Shown in pieces: positions 21,601-34,400 of a DNA stretch of 64,000 nucleotides; position 1 is the first letter of the stretch, and each line of letters starts with the position of its first letter. Both the position numbers and the translations under genes were made by a program. The notes beneath the pieces are model-generated. The model did no database searches. It was not told where the DNA came from and saw nothing but the letters and a program-made list of their open reading frames with translations. Location of the stretch: the IMG/VR virus record IMGVR_UViG_3300013117_000371; one strand, given 5' to 3'. This DNA is from a virus.

Positions 21601-22323
21601 GCTCTGCTCCGCCGAGGGCCGGTGCCCGCCCCTTCGCTCCTCACCGGGACACCTAAAGTCACCCCCCCGCCAAGAAGACGTGCCCCTTGTGGTGCAACAA
21701 ATACCTCAAACATGCACAAAACCGGCACATCGGGCAGCTGCCCTCGCAGCCGCAAAGCTCGTCGTTGCTCATGTTATCTCCACGTAGTCGTCCGTCACAG
21801 TCACACAAACGTCGATAGTTGCCAAGTCGTCGGGGTCGAACCGCTCATTGCGCACGTCTATTGTAAAAATAGCAAGGCCGTTTCCCCCTCCCTGCTCCGC
21901 GATTCTCGCATCCACGTACGCCTTGAACTCCCCCCAGGTCAGGGAGCGGTAGTTAGAGTAGTCCTTCTCCGACGGCCGAATGGGGTAGTTCCCGGCCACG
22001 CTGACCCCCCTCAGGTAGCCGATGCACCCGTCGTTTTTGCACTGCCACGAGGAAGCGTCGAACGGGAACATGAGATGGTTGCAGTACTTGCAAGGGGGGA
22101 TGGGGGGATCTGTCTTCCGCTGCCTCCCCGAGGCCCTCCTCACACAGTCGGGACAGACATCAGTCGTAGCGTTGAAAAGCCATCCCGCAAGCAGCGCCTG
22201 ATTGCGCAAAGTCCCGGGGAGGCCGCAGGGCTCCTCGGCGCAGTAAACGGAGTTGCATCCTATGATGTCGCACAGCACCATCTCGAACCGCTCTCCTCCC
22301 CGTTCTCTTTGAACAGCCATTGG

Positions 22324-22446
22324 TTACCCCCTCCCTATCCCAATGAACGGGTCCAGGACGTACTTCCCCCCCGGGCAGTGCTCATTGAGCAACCGAGCAA
22401 GAACGTCAATGATGGGGGGTGGGAACGCCGCCGGGTGGGACGCCAT
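22324..22446 (-). pseudogene. Truncated remnant of an N4/N6 DNA methyltransferase
   Basis: GGAGG, then MASHPAAFPPPII...VLDPFIGIGRG*: HPAxFP and DPFxGxG motifs, with a stop right after motif I. Confidence 0.55.
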
Positions 22447-25400
22447 CAGCTCGCCTCCGCCGCCGGGGGCAGGGTAACCGTCACCACCACCCCATGCTCC
22501 GCTTCGTACGCCGTGCTGCGTCCCCTCGTCCTCGTCCGGGCGCTCAGTGTGCAGGTAGAAATTCACCCTGCCCGGAAGATTGGGGTGCCAATCAGAGGTT
22601 ATCTTCACTCCCCCCAAGCGGCAAGCAAGAGAGAGGAACTCCTCCTTGGTCATTCTCCCCCTCTTAGACCGAGTTCGGTCGGTCCTTCCTTTTTCTGTGG
22701 CCACGTTTGGGCATCACTTCTCCGTATATTCTCAATCCGGGAGCCCACCGGCAGCTCCGCATCCTTTCCTGCACACTCCTCCATCTCCCCGTCCTTGTCG
22801 AAGACTATGTCGAGCCGGAAATACAGTGCTGGTACCACCAACTCGGCGAAGTGCTGAAGGGCCTGACCGCACCGGGGGCAGTTGCATAGCAAAGTAAGAG
22901 CCACCTCCTCATGCGCACAGGCGGGGCACATACCCCGCATGGTCCCACCCACATGGTTAATAGTGAAACGGATAGTATGCTCTCCCCCAACCTCCCCTTC
23001 TAGCCAAATCATGGACCCTCCGGTATCGCAATGTCATCCGGTATTGCCTCAGTTGCATTTGTTGCCTCTGTGGGCTCAAGGGCCTCTGTGGCCACCATTG
23101 CCTCTGCGGCGCCCCCTTCCTCAGCCTCATACAAGGCCGCCATCTCCCGAGCAGGGCCTTCGAATTCCAACCGCACCTCCTCCCCGCCCAGCTCCTCCCA
23201 CTCCGCAATTACCGCTTGCAACGGGGCCACCAAGTCTGGGTCCAGGACCGTAATGTGTCCGAACGGGTTAATGACCGCCGACATCTCCTTCCGAGGAATG
23301 CGCATCATCTGGCTACTCCCCAGAGACATCTGGTAAAGGCGGTTTTTCACCCTCGCCCCGAACGTCCACTTCCTCCGGGCGTAGAGGACTGGGCAGTCCA
23401 TATCGCCGGCGTTGCAGTAATACCCGTGCAGCATCACCCAACCAGGGTAGCTCGGGAGGAAGTTGTCCTTGAGGAACTGCACCAAGTGGTCCGAACAGTC
23501 TAGGGTTGCCTGCTGTGCTTTCATCCCTTCGTCTCCTCGGTGCTGTCCCGCGAGAAGGGGGAGGGGGTCCCCATTGTGTCGCCGTTATCCATCTCCCTAC
23601 GCAACGGGCAGTCGTTTGGGGGGGAATAATGGTACACCCATCTCTTGGTCAGCAGTATCTTCCTTCTTGGGACTTGCGGATGGCGGCATTCGCACACCTT
23701 CGAGGGAGGACCAGCCCGATCAATGTGGGCACACTCGCTACAGTGACGGGGGATTCTCATGACCACTCCTCGGTGAGGTGGTACACCGTCGTCACCTCGG
23801 TTCGCTTCTCCTGCCGCACTACCCCTTTCCGGACCAAGGCGTTGACAGTGCGCCAGCCCACCCGGATGCCACTGATACGCTCCTCTTTGGCTGCGTACAG
23901 GTAGGCCCCAAAGAAGTCCGTTATGAATTCCCCACCATTGCGGAGGATTTCCACCACCTTCCGCTGAACCCGGGTGAGCTTGGCGTAGCTGATATCTATT
24001 CCGGCAGCTTCCAACTCTTTCAGACACCTCTCGCATCCCGGGAAGGTCCTGTTCGGAACCTCCCTGGCTCGGGACTTGGTGTAGTCGGTGACGATAATCA
24101 CCTTCCTGCACGCAGTCGTATAGTCCTTCCGTATAGTGAACAAGTCCTGCTCCGTAACCACGAATGACACGACGTGGCACCACCTTCGGCCCGGGGCCTT
24201 TTGCACCTGAACCCCCCTCATCGTTTCTCTCCTAAGGCTTCAAACACCTCCTTCCGAGCTTGGCGTGCGCACTTAGCCACCCCCACTGGACTGAGGGAAT
24301 ATGTCATAGTAATGAGGGTAATCGTGCTCTCCGCTATCTCTGCCTCCGTCCGCCAGTAGCACACGTCACAGAGGGCCTCATGCTTCCCCTTCTCCCGCCC
24401 GTGGGCGTGTAGATTGATTGCCGCACTGTGGCACCTGGTGCAATTATTCATTTTCCCTCCCCAGTCGTATCTTCAGCCCGAACCCCAAACAGCAAAGGTA
24501 GAGGTTCTTCTTCTCCGCGTCGTAGTAGGCCCCCACCCACAGGTCGTACCAGCGGTAAAAAGGGGTGACTCGAGGGGCCTTCTCCGGCGCTTCTGCGCCC
24601 AGGTAGTAGGGCTTGCCCACCCGGGGGATGTACTGCTTGGTGTAGGTCACCCCATTGTAGCCGAAGTCACAGGTCGACCCATCCGGCCGGGGGATCTGCA
24701 CCCGAAACCGGCCATGGCGCCTCAGGGCATCGCTAAGCTTATCGCACACCCAGTCCACGTCGGCGTTGGCCTCAATGCTCACGTACCCTTCCCACCTAGA
24801 CTGGACGCCGGAGCGGCGCTCATCGGACGGGCCACAGGTGAGATCCACTACGCAGTTCCTCAAGTCGTACTGCACCCGCTCGAACAGGCCGTCCTCCACC
24901 TCGTAGACGTCAAGGAGGTAAAAGAAAATCTTCCGGCGAATAGGTCCCCCCTCCCCCGCCTTGATCTCGTGCTGGTTACGTACACCCCCTGCACAGGGCT
25001 CAGGGATCAACAAGTCCGTCTTCTCCGTCTTCTCCCACACCTTCATCTCCCCCACCTTGGATACGGGAGACGCAGCAAACTTGACGACAACTTGGGGGCG
25101 GTCTGTCGCCACTACCCCCTCGACACCTACCCCCAACATGCGAGTCCAGATGTCCAACCACTCCAGCCATTGCGGGATCTGGTCATCGCCCTCCAACTCA
25201 AGTTGCCCAAACCAGCTATTGCTGGAGTTGACACAAGCCTCCCGTATTGGCCAAGGAGAACCCTCCACATACTTCAGAACTTCGAGTTCCCGCCCAACCG
25301 GGACAAACCCAAGGAGAGTAAAGGTGAACGGGCGCGAGTGGCAGCAGCTCACGATTTCCCCCTCGGCCACACTTTGAGCCTCCCCCGGTGCAACAACGGC

Positions 25401-27201
25401 GCCTTCAGGTCGTCCCCGCCCCACACTGTTACCTCCCCATGCCCAAGGTACAGGAGGAACGCCAAGAGCGCCCCCATTTTCGCACACCACCGCCACCTGA
25501 AGGGGCCAACGGCGTAAGCGGTCCGCCACCTGATGGGGGAAGGCTCTACAACTACCAGGTAGTACCTGGCCTTCTGCCCCTGTTTGTTCGTCTGCCAACT
25601 CATCGTCTGTACCTCCTCCCTTTCTGCCGGTCCATTATCTTCTCATGGCAAGGCGGGCAGCGGTTGCTCTCCCACCCCTCCGGCGGCTTGAACAGCTCTC
25701 CGCAACTCTTGCACCGGGGGAGGGGCTCCACAATGACGTTCAAGTACTCCTGCCTGAACATGTCGGGACCGCAACGCATGGACTCAAATAGTTCCTGCGT
25801 TGTAACGCCCTCCATGGGCTCTGGTGACGGCCCCTCAAACGTGGGCCATATCGTTTGGTCTTGCTTCAACCAGTCCCGCCCCCAAGCCTGCTCAACAGTG
25901 CACACCAGGATCAATTCTCCTTTACGTACGTACGCCTGGGAGACCTCCCCCACTACCTGGTCGCCCCGGCGGATCTCGCTGCCCCGCAGCCGCGCCGCCA
26001 GTTCCTGGTAGTCCACCTCGAACCGGTCACTGGGAAAAGTGGCGGTGAAGTGCCCCCACTGGGAGGCCTGGGTGAGGTGCTCCCTCACTTTCTCCTCCGC
26101 TTTCAACAACGCCCCCTCCTTGCGGAGCTCCTCGTAGTCGTGCCTTGTCATCATCGCCCGGGTTGCGCCGGTGTCCCTGTCAACCAGGTGGACCACCCCG
26201 CTCTCATCCTCGTGGGCCTCCAGGTCCCCCGTCAACTGGAGCTGCTCACCCTCCCGAGACGAGAAGGCGCTACGCAGAACTTCCATATCGAGGGGGTCGT
26301 CTTTGCTGGGCTTCTTCATGCCTCTCTCCCCCACTTCTCCAGGTAGGTGCGCCCCAACAGCTTGAAGCGGCGGTACATCTTCGCCTGCTCCTCGTCCCCC
26401 TCCGCCGTAGCATCGACCAGCTCCCGCAAGAATACCAGCCCCTCACGGAGCTTGTCCATCACGTTGCGGGCCCGTTTCTCAGTACCAGCACACTCCTGCT
26501 CCAAGGACGCCTCCGGCCGGGGGATGGCGCCGAGAATGGCCTGCACTCGGTAGAAGGCACTCCCCACCTCTACGTCTGCGCCCCACTTGCCCGGCTTGCA
26601 AGGGAGGGAGAAGACCTGGCCGGTGGCCCTGCTTATCTCCAACAGCTCCCGGGAGATGTCGTCGACGTTGAGCTTGAGGTTGGCCAACCGCACCCGGGAC
26701 TTATCTCGGCACTCCATCTCCACCTGCTGGAACACTAGACAACGCCCCCTTGGCTCAATGGAGGCGAACTCGGCCACCCCCGCCTCCGTCACGTAAAGCT
26801 CCAATGGAGGGACAACCAGTCTCTCCGGCTTCGTCGGGAACGTATCCTTCAACCTTCCGCCTCCACGTAGCAGTGCCGGGGGCACTCCCCTGCCCAGATG
26901 GGGGAGTGCCTTCGTAGTTCACTTCGCCCCCATATGCTGCCTCCAAAACTCCGGGTGGAAGTCGCAGACATCATCGGCACTTACCAGGTCGTACCAAATA
27001 GGCATCGACTTCCTACCGGGCAATCTGAGCAGACACCGCAACTTCTGCGGGTCCCCCGTACCTCGGTCAACCGAGGATGGGCAGCTAGCGCACGTGGGTG
27101 GGGTTTTTTTCTTTTCTTTCGACATAGGTGCCTCCTTGTCTTTATCCTTCTCCAAGCAGGAAAGGGCCTCAACAGCCCATTCCGGCCGCCCTGCACTCCG
27201 A

Positions 27202-27230
27202 ATACTAACCCTACAGGTTTTGCCTGTCAA
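27202..27230 (-). promoter_or_regulatory. Sigma70-like leftward promoter
   Basis: TTGACA (27230-27225), 17 nt, TAGTAT (27207-27202). Confidence 0.75.
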
Positions 27231-27274
27231 GCACTTTGTTTAACGTTTTTTCTTGCACGATTGGGGACGTTCTC

Positions 27275-27307
27275 TGTTATAAGAATAGTGGACCAACAAC
27301 ATGGAGG
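27275..27307 (+). promoter_or_regulatory. TGTTATAAG promoter-like motif, TGGACCAACA leader and RBS
   Basis: TATAAG 27278-27283, TGGACCAACA 27289-27298, GGAGG 27303-27307, ATG 27314. Confidence 0.6.
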
Positions 27308-29075
27308 CTTGTCATGCTTGTAACCTACGTGTCACACAAGACCCAGGTAGGGTGGGGAGACTACGAGCTGGACGAGCTCGACGCCGTCCGCATCGAAGTA
27401 GCCAACCAGGGCGACCCCCTCCTCGGGGCCGTTCTCCTACTTGACAAGGCCGAAGCAATCCAGCTACTGGGGGACCTGGTAGTGACGCTGCTGAGGGACG
27501 AAGCAGGGACGCTCCCCCCGGCGCAGAACCTGCGGGAACTCGCCCACCACAGCCAGCTGTTCCGGGACCTCCTCGCAATGCTGCGGGGGCACCGATGAAG
27601 CTCATACAGAGCCACCGCCCACTGGACACGCACGCCACGATCTACGCCGCCCCCACTGAAGTAGACGAAGGAAGACTGCCTCCCGAGATCTGCCTTGTGG
27701 TGAGCAACCCCCACTCGCAACTCACGAAGGTCATGATCTATCTGACTCTACCGGAGGCTACCCAACTGCACAGGGAAATAACCGACGCTCTGGAGGCGGC
27801 GCAATGAAGACCAACGACGTCAGCTGCACCAAGCGGAGCATCCGCAAGCACTGGGACACCGGCGCCGGCCACCTGCTGTTCCGGGTGGACCGGGAGGACC
27901 AACACGTCTCCCTGCGGGTGGACTACCACAGCGTCACGGACCCCTACCAGGACTCCCGGCCTCGGGACTACCCCACCATGCCCCTGCTGGCCATGGACGC
28001 CCACTTCGCCCTCTGCCTGAACGGCACCCCGATAGGGTTCATCGGGCAATCGTGCTCCGTGCAGCAGTGGCGGGACGGGAAGAAGCCAACCTACTACCCA
28101 CTCTGCAACGAGCACGTCGCCGTGTTGCTCCACCGTCCGCCGGAGCACATACTGAACTTCCTGGCGGGCAAACTGAGAAAGGAGGAATAGCCAATGGCTA
28201 CGATCTACAACTACTTCGTTCAGCGGCGCTTCGGCAGGTACTGGGGCTATCCGGCTCTGGTCAAGCCTTCGGAGTTCATGCACCAACTGACGGAGAAGGA
28301 ACAGGGGCAACTCCGATCCGGCGAAGCCGTAGAGAAGGAAAACAACCGCTTCACCGCCGAGCCAGGGGGAATGTTGTGATGAGCAACGACATCCACCGTA
28401 AGACGGCCGCCGAACTCTTCGGGATTCCGGAAGAGGAAGTCACCGAAAAGCAACGCCAGCTGGCAAAGACCCTTAGCTGCTGGAGGCTCTATGGAGCCCG
28501 CAGCAAATTCGGAGTAAAGGCGGGCAGAGAGCCGATGTCCCGCAAAAGCGCCCGCCGCTGCCCACTCTGCGAAGCGGAGGTAACCCCCGAAGAGGGCAAA
28601 CCAGCAGCACGGCTCCTTTCCAGCATCCCCCTCAGGGACACCGAAGTACTCGAGAGTCTACCTGACGTCCCCCTTAGCGAAACGGGGGAAACGCTCAGGA
28701 TGTCCCTTACCGGGCGTCCACGCGCCTCGGAACCAGCTCTCCAGAACATCCCCATCCGGACGGAGGAGGGCAGGAGGATACGGGAAGCCTTCGTGCCCGG
28801 CACCCCCGACCAGGGGCGGGAGGAGGAAGGCCCAAATGACTCCAAGCCGGGAAAGAAAAAGGGAGGGGGGTAAGACATGGCGATGTACAAGATGTACTGG
28901 TGCACCAACCAGGACGGACAAATCCGCACCTTGTTGGTGCACGCAGAGTGCAAAGATGCCCCTGAGAGTTTCTTGGTCTACCCTGACGAATGGGATGTTG
29001 AACTTCGGAGGGAAGTAGAAATAGACCCGGACCCTCAAGTTGAGGGGCTATTCGAGGTTTGAACTACAAGCGCCG

Positions 29076-29100
29076 GCCGGGGCCTTGTGCCGGCAGGAGG
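29076..29100 (+). repeat. GCCGG hairpin-RBS element, copy 1
   Basis: GCCGGGGCCTTGTGCCGGCAGGAGG, ATG at 29107. Confidence 0.8.
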
Positions 29101-30615
29101 GAGACGATGAAGATTTTGAATCTAACGCAACATCCGGCTTCATCTGAACAGAGACAGGCGGGAGTCATTGACTTACCGCCTGAGTTGAAGCGGAAGCTGG
29201 CAGAGTTCCTGACTTTCGAGGAGCTCCCGAGAAGAAATGAAATCCGCCTTCGGGCGGAAAAGATCGCCGACTTGGCCTATGGATATATCATGGGTCAAGG
29301 GGGATGGGGCGACGCCATTATAGGTCGGGCCATGATAGGAGGAGCCCCCTATTTAATGGCCCCCTTGAGGACGTGTTACTAAGTCTCTCAATTCGTCCTC
29401 TCTACGCGTTCTCCCGTCGGGAGAGCGTAGAAGAGACACTTCCAGATGGAAGCGTCAAAAAGGTCCAGGTGTTTCGGCACCTGGGCTTTGTGGATGCGTA
29501 AAACCGGGATTATCCTACCCGCACCCGGCGATCACGCTCAAAGGGTGCGGGCCACGGGGCAGGGTGCCCCAGAGGAGGAAGACATGAATGAGTAGATATC
29601 GTAAGTGCGCTATCGACATCGACACCGACATTGACGTCGGCGACGCTGTATACGTCTCGACGTGGGAGGATGTGGGGCCAAGTCCACGTCGTCGTTTTGG
29701 TGGACGACCGACGCACAAAGGGACGGAGTGCTCCCACACGCCATACTGCACCAACATGAGCCACGAGGCTCGGCTGCATGGCTGGCTTGGAACCACGTGC
29801 GACATCTCCCGATATGCAATCGGGGTTGGTGTTGTCGTGGCCTGTTGGCTGTCGTTTGACGGTGAGGAAATCGCCACCGTGAGGATGGCAGCGGAAGGTA
29901 GCCGTACCGAGAAGACGCTGCTGGTGAAATTGGGAGCGTATTCACGGCGCCAGTCGGGGGCTCGTGCCAACGGAGGGGACCATTGAAGTACAAGCTAGAG
30001 CTCGCAGACCAAAGCGGCACAGAGGAAACCATCCTCACTGCCGAGAATCTGGGCGAAGCTGTTGTCCTGGCCCGTAAATGGGCCCGGGCACTCTACGCCC
30101 ACGTAGAAACAGATGTAGGCGAAACGGTGTGCTTGACAGTCCAGGGGCTTGCTGTAACAGGAGAGCCTACCACCGGCTTTGCCGACTATTGGACCGGGCG
30201 AATTGACGTTGGGAGTCCGGATGAAGCCTACGTCGCAGCCGATTGGGAGGCCACCTTGGAAGTAGAGGGTGGCCTTGTTGAGAATCCGGGTGTGTGGTGT
30301 CTCGGTGGGACAAAAATGACCTTTGCGACCCACCATATTCGGGACTCGGCATACCGGCGTAAGGAGACATCTGAGTTGGGGGCGGACAACCGGGTGTGGT
30401 ACTGGCACACCACTGACGGTGTGGATGTGGAATACCCCACGGCCCGAGAGCTGTTCGAGGCGCATGGGGACCTAGTGGAATCTGCGGACGAATAAGCCGG
30501 TAAGGTACGGGCCCGACCCCCGAATCAGCAAGCTCTTTCCATCGACGCCATTGCGTCGGTATCTAGTCTAGGTGCTTGCTGGGGCACCCAGGCGCTCGGG
30601 TAAGAAAGAGTGCCA

Positions 30616-30640
30616 GCCGGGGCCTTGTACCGGCAGGAGG
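30616..30640 (+). repeat. GCCGG hairpin-RBS element, copy 2
   Basis: GCCGGGGCCTTGTACCGGCAGGAGG, ATG at 30647. Confidence 0.8.
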
Positions 30641-30860
30641 GAAAACATGATCACAGAGAAAATAGAGCAAATCCGGGCGGATGCCCAAGAGATTTTCAAC
30701 CTTCCCGGTGCGGACGGTCGCTTTGCCTTCGATAGCGACCGGTGGACGGCTTCCATCGAAGCCGCCCTGTATCAGGGCGGGTATTGTCGCGGTAAGGCAT
30801 TTGAGCGCCTGTTTTGGACGCTCAAGAAAGAGTACCCGAATACCTAACCAACCAGAGCCG

Positions 30861-30885
30861 GCCGGGGCCTCGTGCCGGCAAGGAG
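30861..30885 (+). repeat. GCCGG hairpin-RBS element, copy 3
   Basis: GCCGGGGCCTCGTGCCGGCAAGGAG, ATG at 30891. Confidence 0.8.
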
Positions 30886-31447
30886 AAAGTATGAGTAACC
30901 ACACGAAAGGGCCCTGGAAGGCCCGAGATGGTATCGTCCAGGTAGTCGGGGGCGGCCCTGACTACACCTTCTACGCCCCCGGCGAATCGGCCGGAGAAAT
31001 GAGAGCCAACGCTCACTTGATAGCGGTGGCACCCGAGATGTATGAGGCAGCGTCCATGGCCGCCCGATACCTGCGGCAAGCGCCGCAACCGCCCGACCGG
31101 AGGTACGAAGCGGTACTCATGGCGCTCGATAGAGCGCTCAAGAAGGCCGCAGGCAGGACGTTGCCCTCTGCTCCGTTGGGCAAGCTTCTTTGCTCCAGTG
31201 CCGGGGAACCCGGGTGCTTCTCTGAGTGTGAGCACGCTGAGGTCCACACTGAACTCCCGGCCTACCCCTGCCGAGGGGCCTACTCTTGCCCCAGCGTAGG
31301 GAGGGAAGTTCTCTGCATGCCCGTAGCAGAGACGCCTCCTGCGGATACCCCGCTCAGCCAGGAAAAGTAACTGGGGGTTACATGACAAACAAGCGCAAGC
31401 CGCAACGAAGGAAAAAACAAAGGAGATGTGCCCCCTGAACGGGGGGC

Positions 31448-31467
31448 AAGGGGAGGAAACTCCCCTT
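31448..31467. terminator. Hairpin at a convergent junction, possible bidirectional terminator
   Basis: AAGGGGAG-GAAA-CTCCCCTT: 8-bp stem with a GNRA loop. Confidence 0.55.
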
Positions 31468-34400
31468 TAGGTTCGGGGGCTCTCCTCCGGCTCTTCGGGG
31501 ACCATCATCTCTGTCTCCCCAATCTGCGCCAGCATTCGCTGGTCCTCCCTCCCCCGTTTGTACCACTGGTACTCCCCGGGCGGTATCACCCCGCCGCACT
31601 CGGCGCAGCGGTACTTGGTATCCATCGGCCGCGTCCCCTCCCTCTTCTCGAAGCGGTGAAGGGGGCAGTCGCGCAAGGCGTCAAGGTTGGCCTTGACTTC
31701 ATCGTAGATCTTGCGGGCCTCCCCCGGCGGGAGGCCGGAGATGTCCTCCAGGATATCAAGGAGGGACTTCTTGCTCATTCGCCCAAACGGGAAAGGAGCT
31801 CCGCCCGCCTCTCGGGGGGGCTAGTGCCGATTCGCTCCGCCTCGAAGAAGAGTTGCGCCGGATTGTGCACCCGGTGCTCAGGGGCCTCAACGTAGATCCC
31901 CATGACGTAGGGAACGCCTGGGCGCCTTGACAGCTCATCAGTGAACAGGAGTTTCTTGGCCCACTCCACCTCATAAGCCATCTCCACACCGTCTTCCTCC
32001 CAGGTGAAGAAAAGGTAGGTGCCGCCGTTGTAAGGCGGCGCCACCAAGACATAGTTTAGGGCCCCCTCATCGGCAAGCGTGAGCGCCTTCACCTCCTCCG
32101 CCGGCTTGGCGGTGAAAGTGGGGAAGGACGCCACGTACCCATCCAAGACCAGGGCGGCCAACTCCCGCTCCTCGTTCGAGTGGTGTTCATGGCTGAGTAG
32201 AATCGCCCGTGCTTCTGTTGTGTTCATGTCCGTAATGCCTCCATGTTAGATGCGCTCTCGTCGACGGGCGCCTCTCAAGGGGAAACGCCTCTCTCTTCAG
32301 GCTCCCTCCTCGGGAGGCGGTTCCCACGACCTCACACGGGTGAAGGCTTCCCTGGGAAGCTCTCGCCACGTCGCCCCATCCTTAGCCAAGGTGGCGGAGA
32401 AGAAGTTTGTCGGTCCCGCCTCCGCCCGGCGGCCCCCCTCCCAGTCGAAACGCTCGATCACCGACCGGGACTGCCTGACCACCAGGTCCCACCCCGGCTC
32501 GCTGATGTATCTCTTCCGGAAACTACTCAGGATGGCTACTACCGTATCGAAGTGCTCCGCCCGTTCTTTCGGCGTAAGTTCGTGCTCGCTCATGATTACT
32601 CCTCCAGGTTGGGCGGCGCCAGGCAATCCCAATGCAAGATGTCGCCGGGAGGCCGCTTGGGGCTATCCGTGTAAGGAGGACCTACCCGGCCTTCGGCCAG
32701 CTCGGGAGGGCCGTAATTGAGGTAGTACTCAAGGCGGGTGGCGGCAGCCTGCCGCTCAACCTCCTGCACGTCCACATCCGGGGGGAGTGGTCGACACCGG
32801 CTGCGTTGGACGTCTATGATGGAGTAGTGCCGAAGGACGTCCACCATCACCCGGGCTCGGGCTTCTGTGGCCTCCCAGCACTCCTTGTAGTCCGGGTACT
32901 CCGTCTTCACCGTGCCCAATATCTCCCGCAGACGGACGTAGGCTTGGGAGAGCTCGGCCTCCGCATCCCGCATCCTGTCGAACTCCCCCTGCAAGACCCG
33001 GAGCTCCTTCTCCTTTGAACGCAAAGCGTCGGCCAAGGAGGGCTCAGTGATAACGGCAGGCACTCTCCCCTCGCCGAGGAGGTTGGCTTCGCTGATCAGC
33101 TTCGCACACACAGAGCCCCAAAACTCCATCACCCGCATGGCGGGAAGGAAGACCTTTTTCTGCGTACACCCCCCCGGTAACTCGTGGATCACCCCCAAGT
33201 GAGGGAGTTGCGGCGTCCTGGTCAACTCCTCCAGGTAGAGGAAGTGATTTTTCCATGTGACCTCGTAGACGTCGCACTCCCCGTCCTGCACGTTGCGGGC
33301 GATCTGCGTCACCAAAACGTTGTAGAGGGAGGAGCGGTAGTTGCGGTAGTGAGTGTCGGTGTGCGGCTCGTACCGCCACTGCGGGTGCTCCTCAAGTTCG
33401 CTGAGCGTCGCCTTCGCCTCCTTGAACTGGGGGACGGGGACCACGTAAAGATCCAGCAGTTTCACTGCTTGCGCCGCCGCTCCGCCCTCTTCCAGGGAAC
33501 CCAGAAGCAGCTCCCGCAAGTCCCGGGAGGAGGGGGACTTCCCCAACGTCTTCCGTCCGCCTCTGCCTTCTCTCTGTTCCTCCACGACTCCCTCCTATGG
33601 TCTACTGCAATGACACACACCCATATACGACGCACCGCCACGTGCCCCGAAAGGGGGAGCCCCTGTAGGGAGAGCGGAATCACCCCCTGCAGGGGCTCCC
33701 CACTAGCGCACAACTACTTTCTACCGCACATGCCCCGACGTGTAAAGGGAAATGTTAAACAAAGTTACTGCAACGACGCCATCAGTCCCTCGCGGGCCTT
33801 CAGCCAGCCTTTGCGGGCCTTGCCCCCGACAGCAAAGTCGCCGCTGCCGGACATCCAGATGACAGCGTCCCGGAGCTCGTGAAGCAGCGCCTCCCGGCAC
33901 ACACTGTCCTCGAGCCCCCGCTCCCAAGCCCGGACGTTGGCCGAATCCAGGTCCAACCCCCGGGCCTGGGCGAACTTCCGGAGGAGGGTCACCAAGATGG
34001 AGGGGGAGTGCTTCTTCCCCACTTTGATGGTCTTGCCCCCGCTCAAGTAGGCAGCGAAGTCGAAGAGGGCGCCGGCGACGTCCGCGTCCCTGGTTTCCTT
34101 GGTGGTGGGGAAGAGCTTCAGGGCAGCCATAAGGGCCCCCCTGTCAATGAAGATGCGGGTTTTCCTGCTCAAAGTGCGAATGTCCACGTACCTGTCGGTG
34201 GGGGACTTGGAGGCCTCCAGGTCCCCGCCAATGTGGGACCAGCGCCGCTTCCTGGCCGCCGCCAGGCGGTCCCGGAGCTTGTCCTGGAGGATGTCCGCTA
34301 CAGCGCCGAGGTTGTAGCCCATTCCACCCTCGCTACCAATGGCGCCCAGATAACCTGGGCGACGAAGTCGATGAAGGCCCACATCTCCGGGCTCATCCTC

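Larger units (their letters stand above)
15715..27230 (-). other. Long array of small and medium hypothetical CDS (about 25 ORFs, e.g. 16088-16968, 18656-19111, 19115-19726, 20076-21563, 23009-23524, 25600-26334)
   Basis: Continuous minus-strand coding with RBS and overlaps; several Cys-pair (Zn-finger-like) ORFs; no confident annotation. Confidence 0.65.
27314..31370 (+). other. Plus-strand island of small hypothetical CDS (about 13 ORFs)
   Basis: ORFs 27314-27598, 27595-27807, 27804-28190, 28194-28379, 28379-28873, 28877-29062, 29107-29382, 29588-29986, 29983-30495, 30647-30847, 30891-31370 with RBS and overlaps. Confidence 0.65.
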
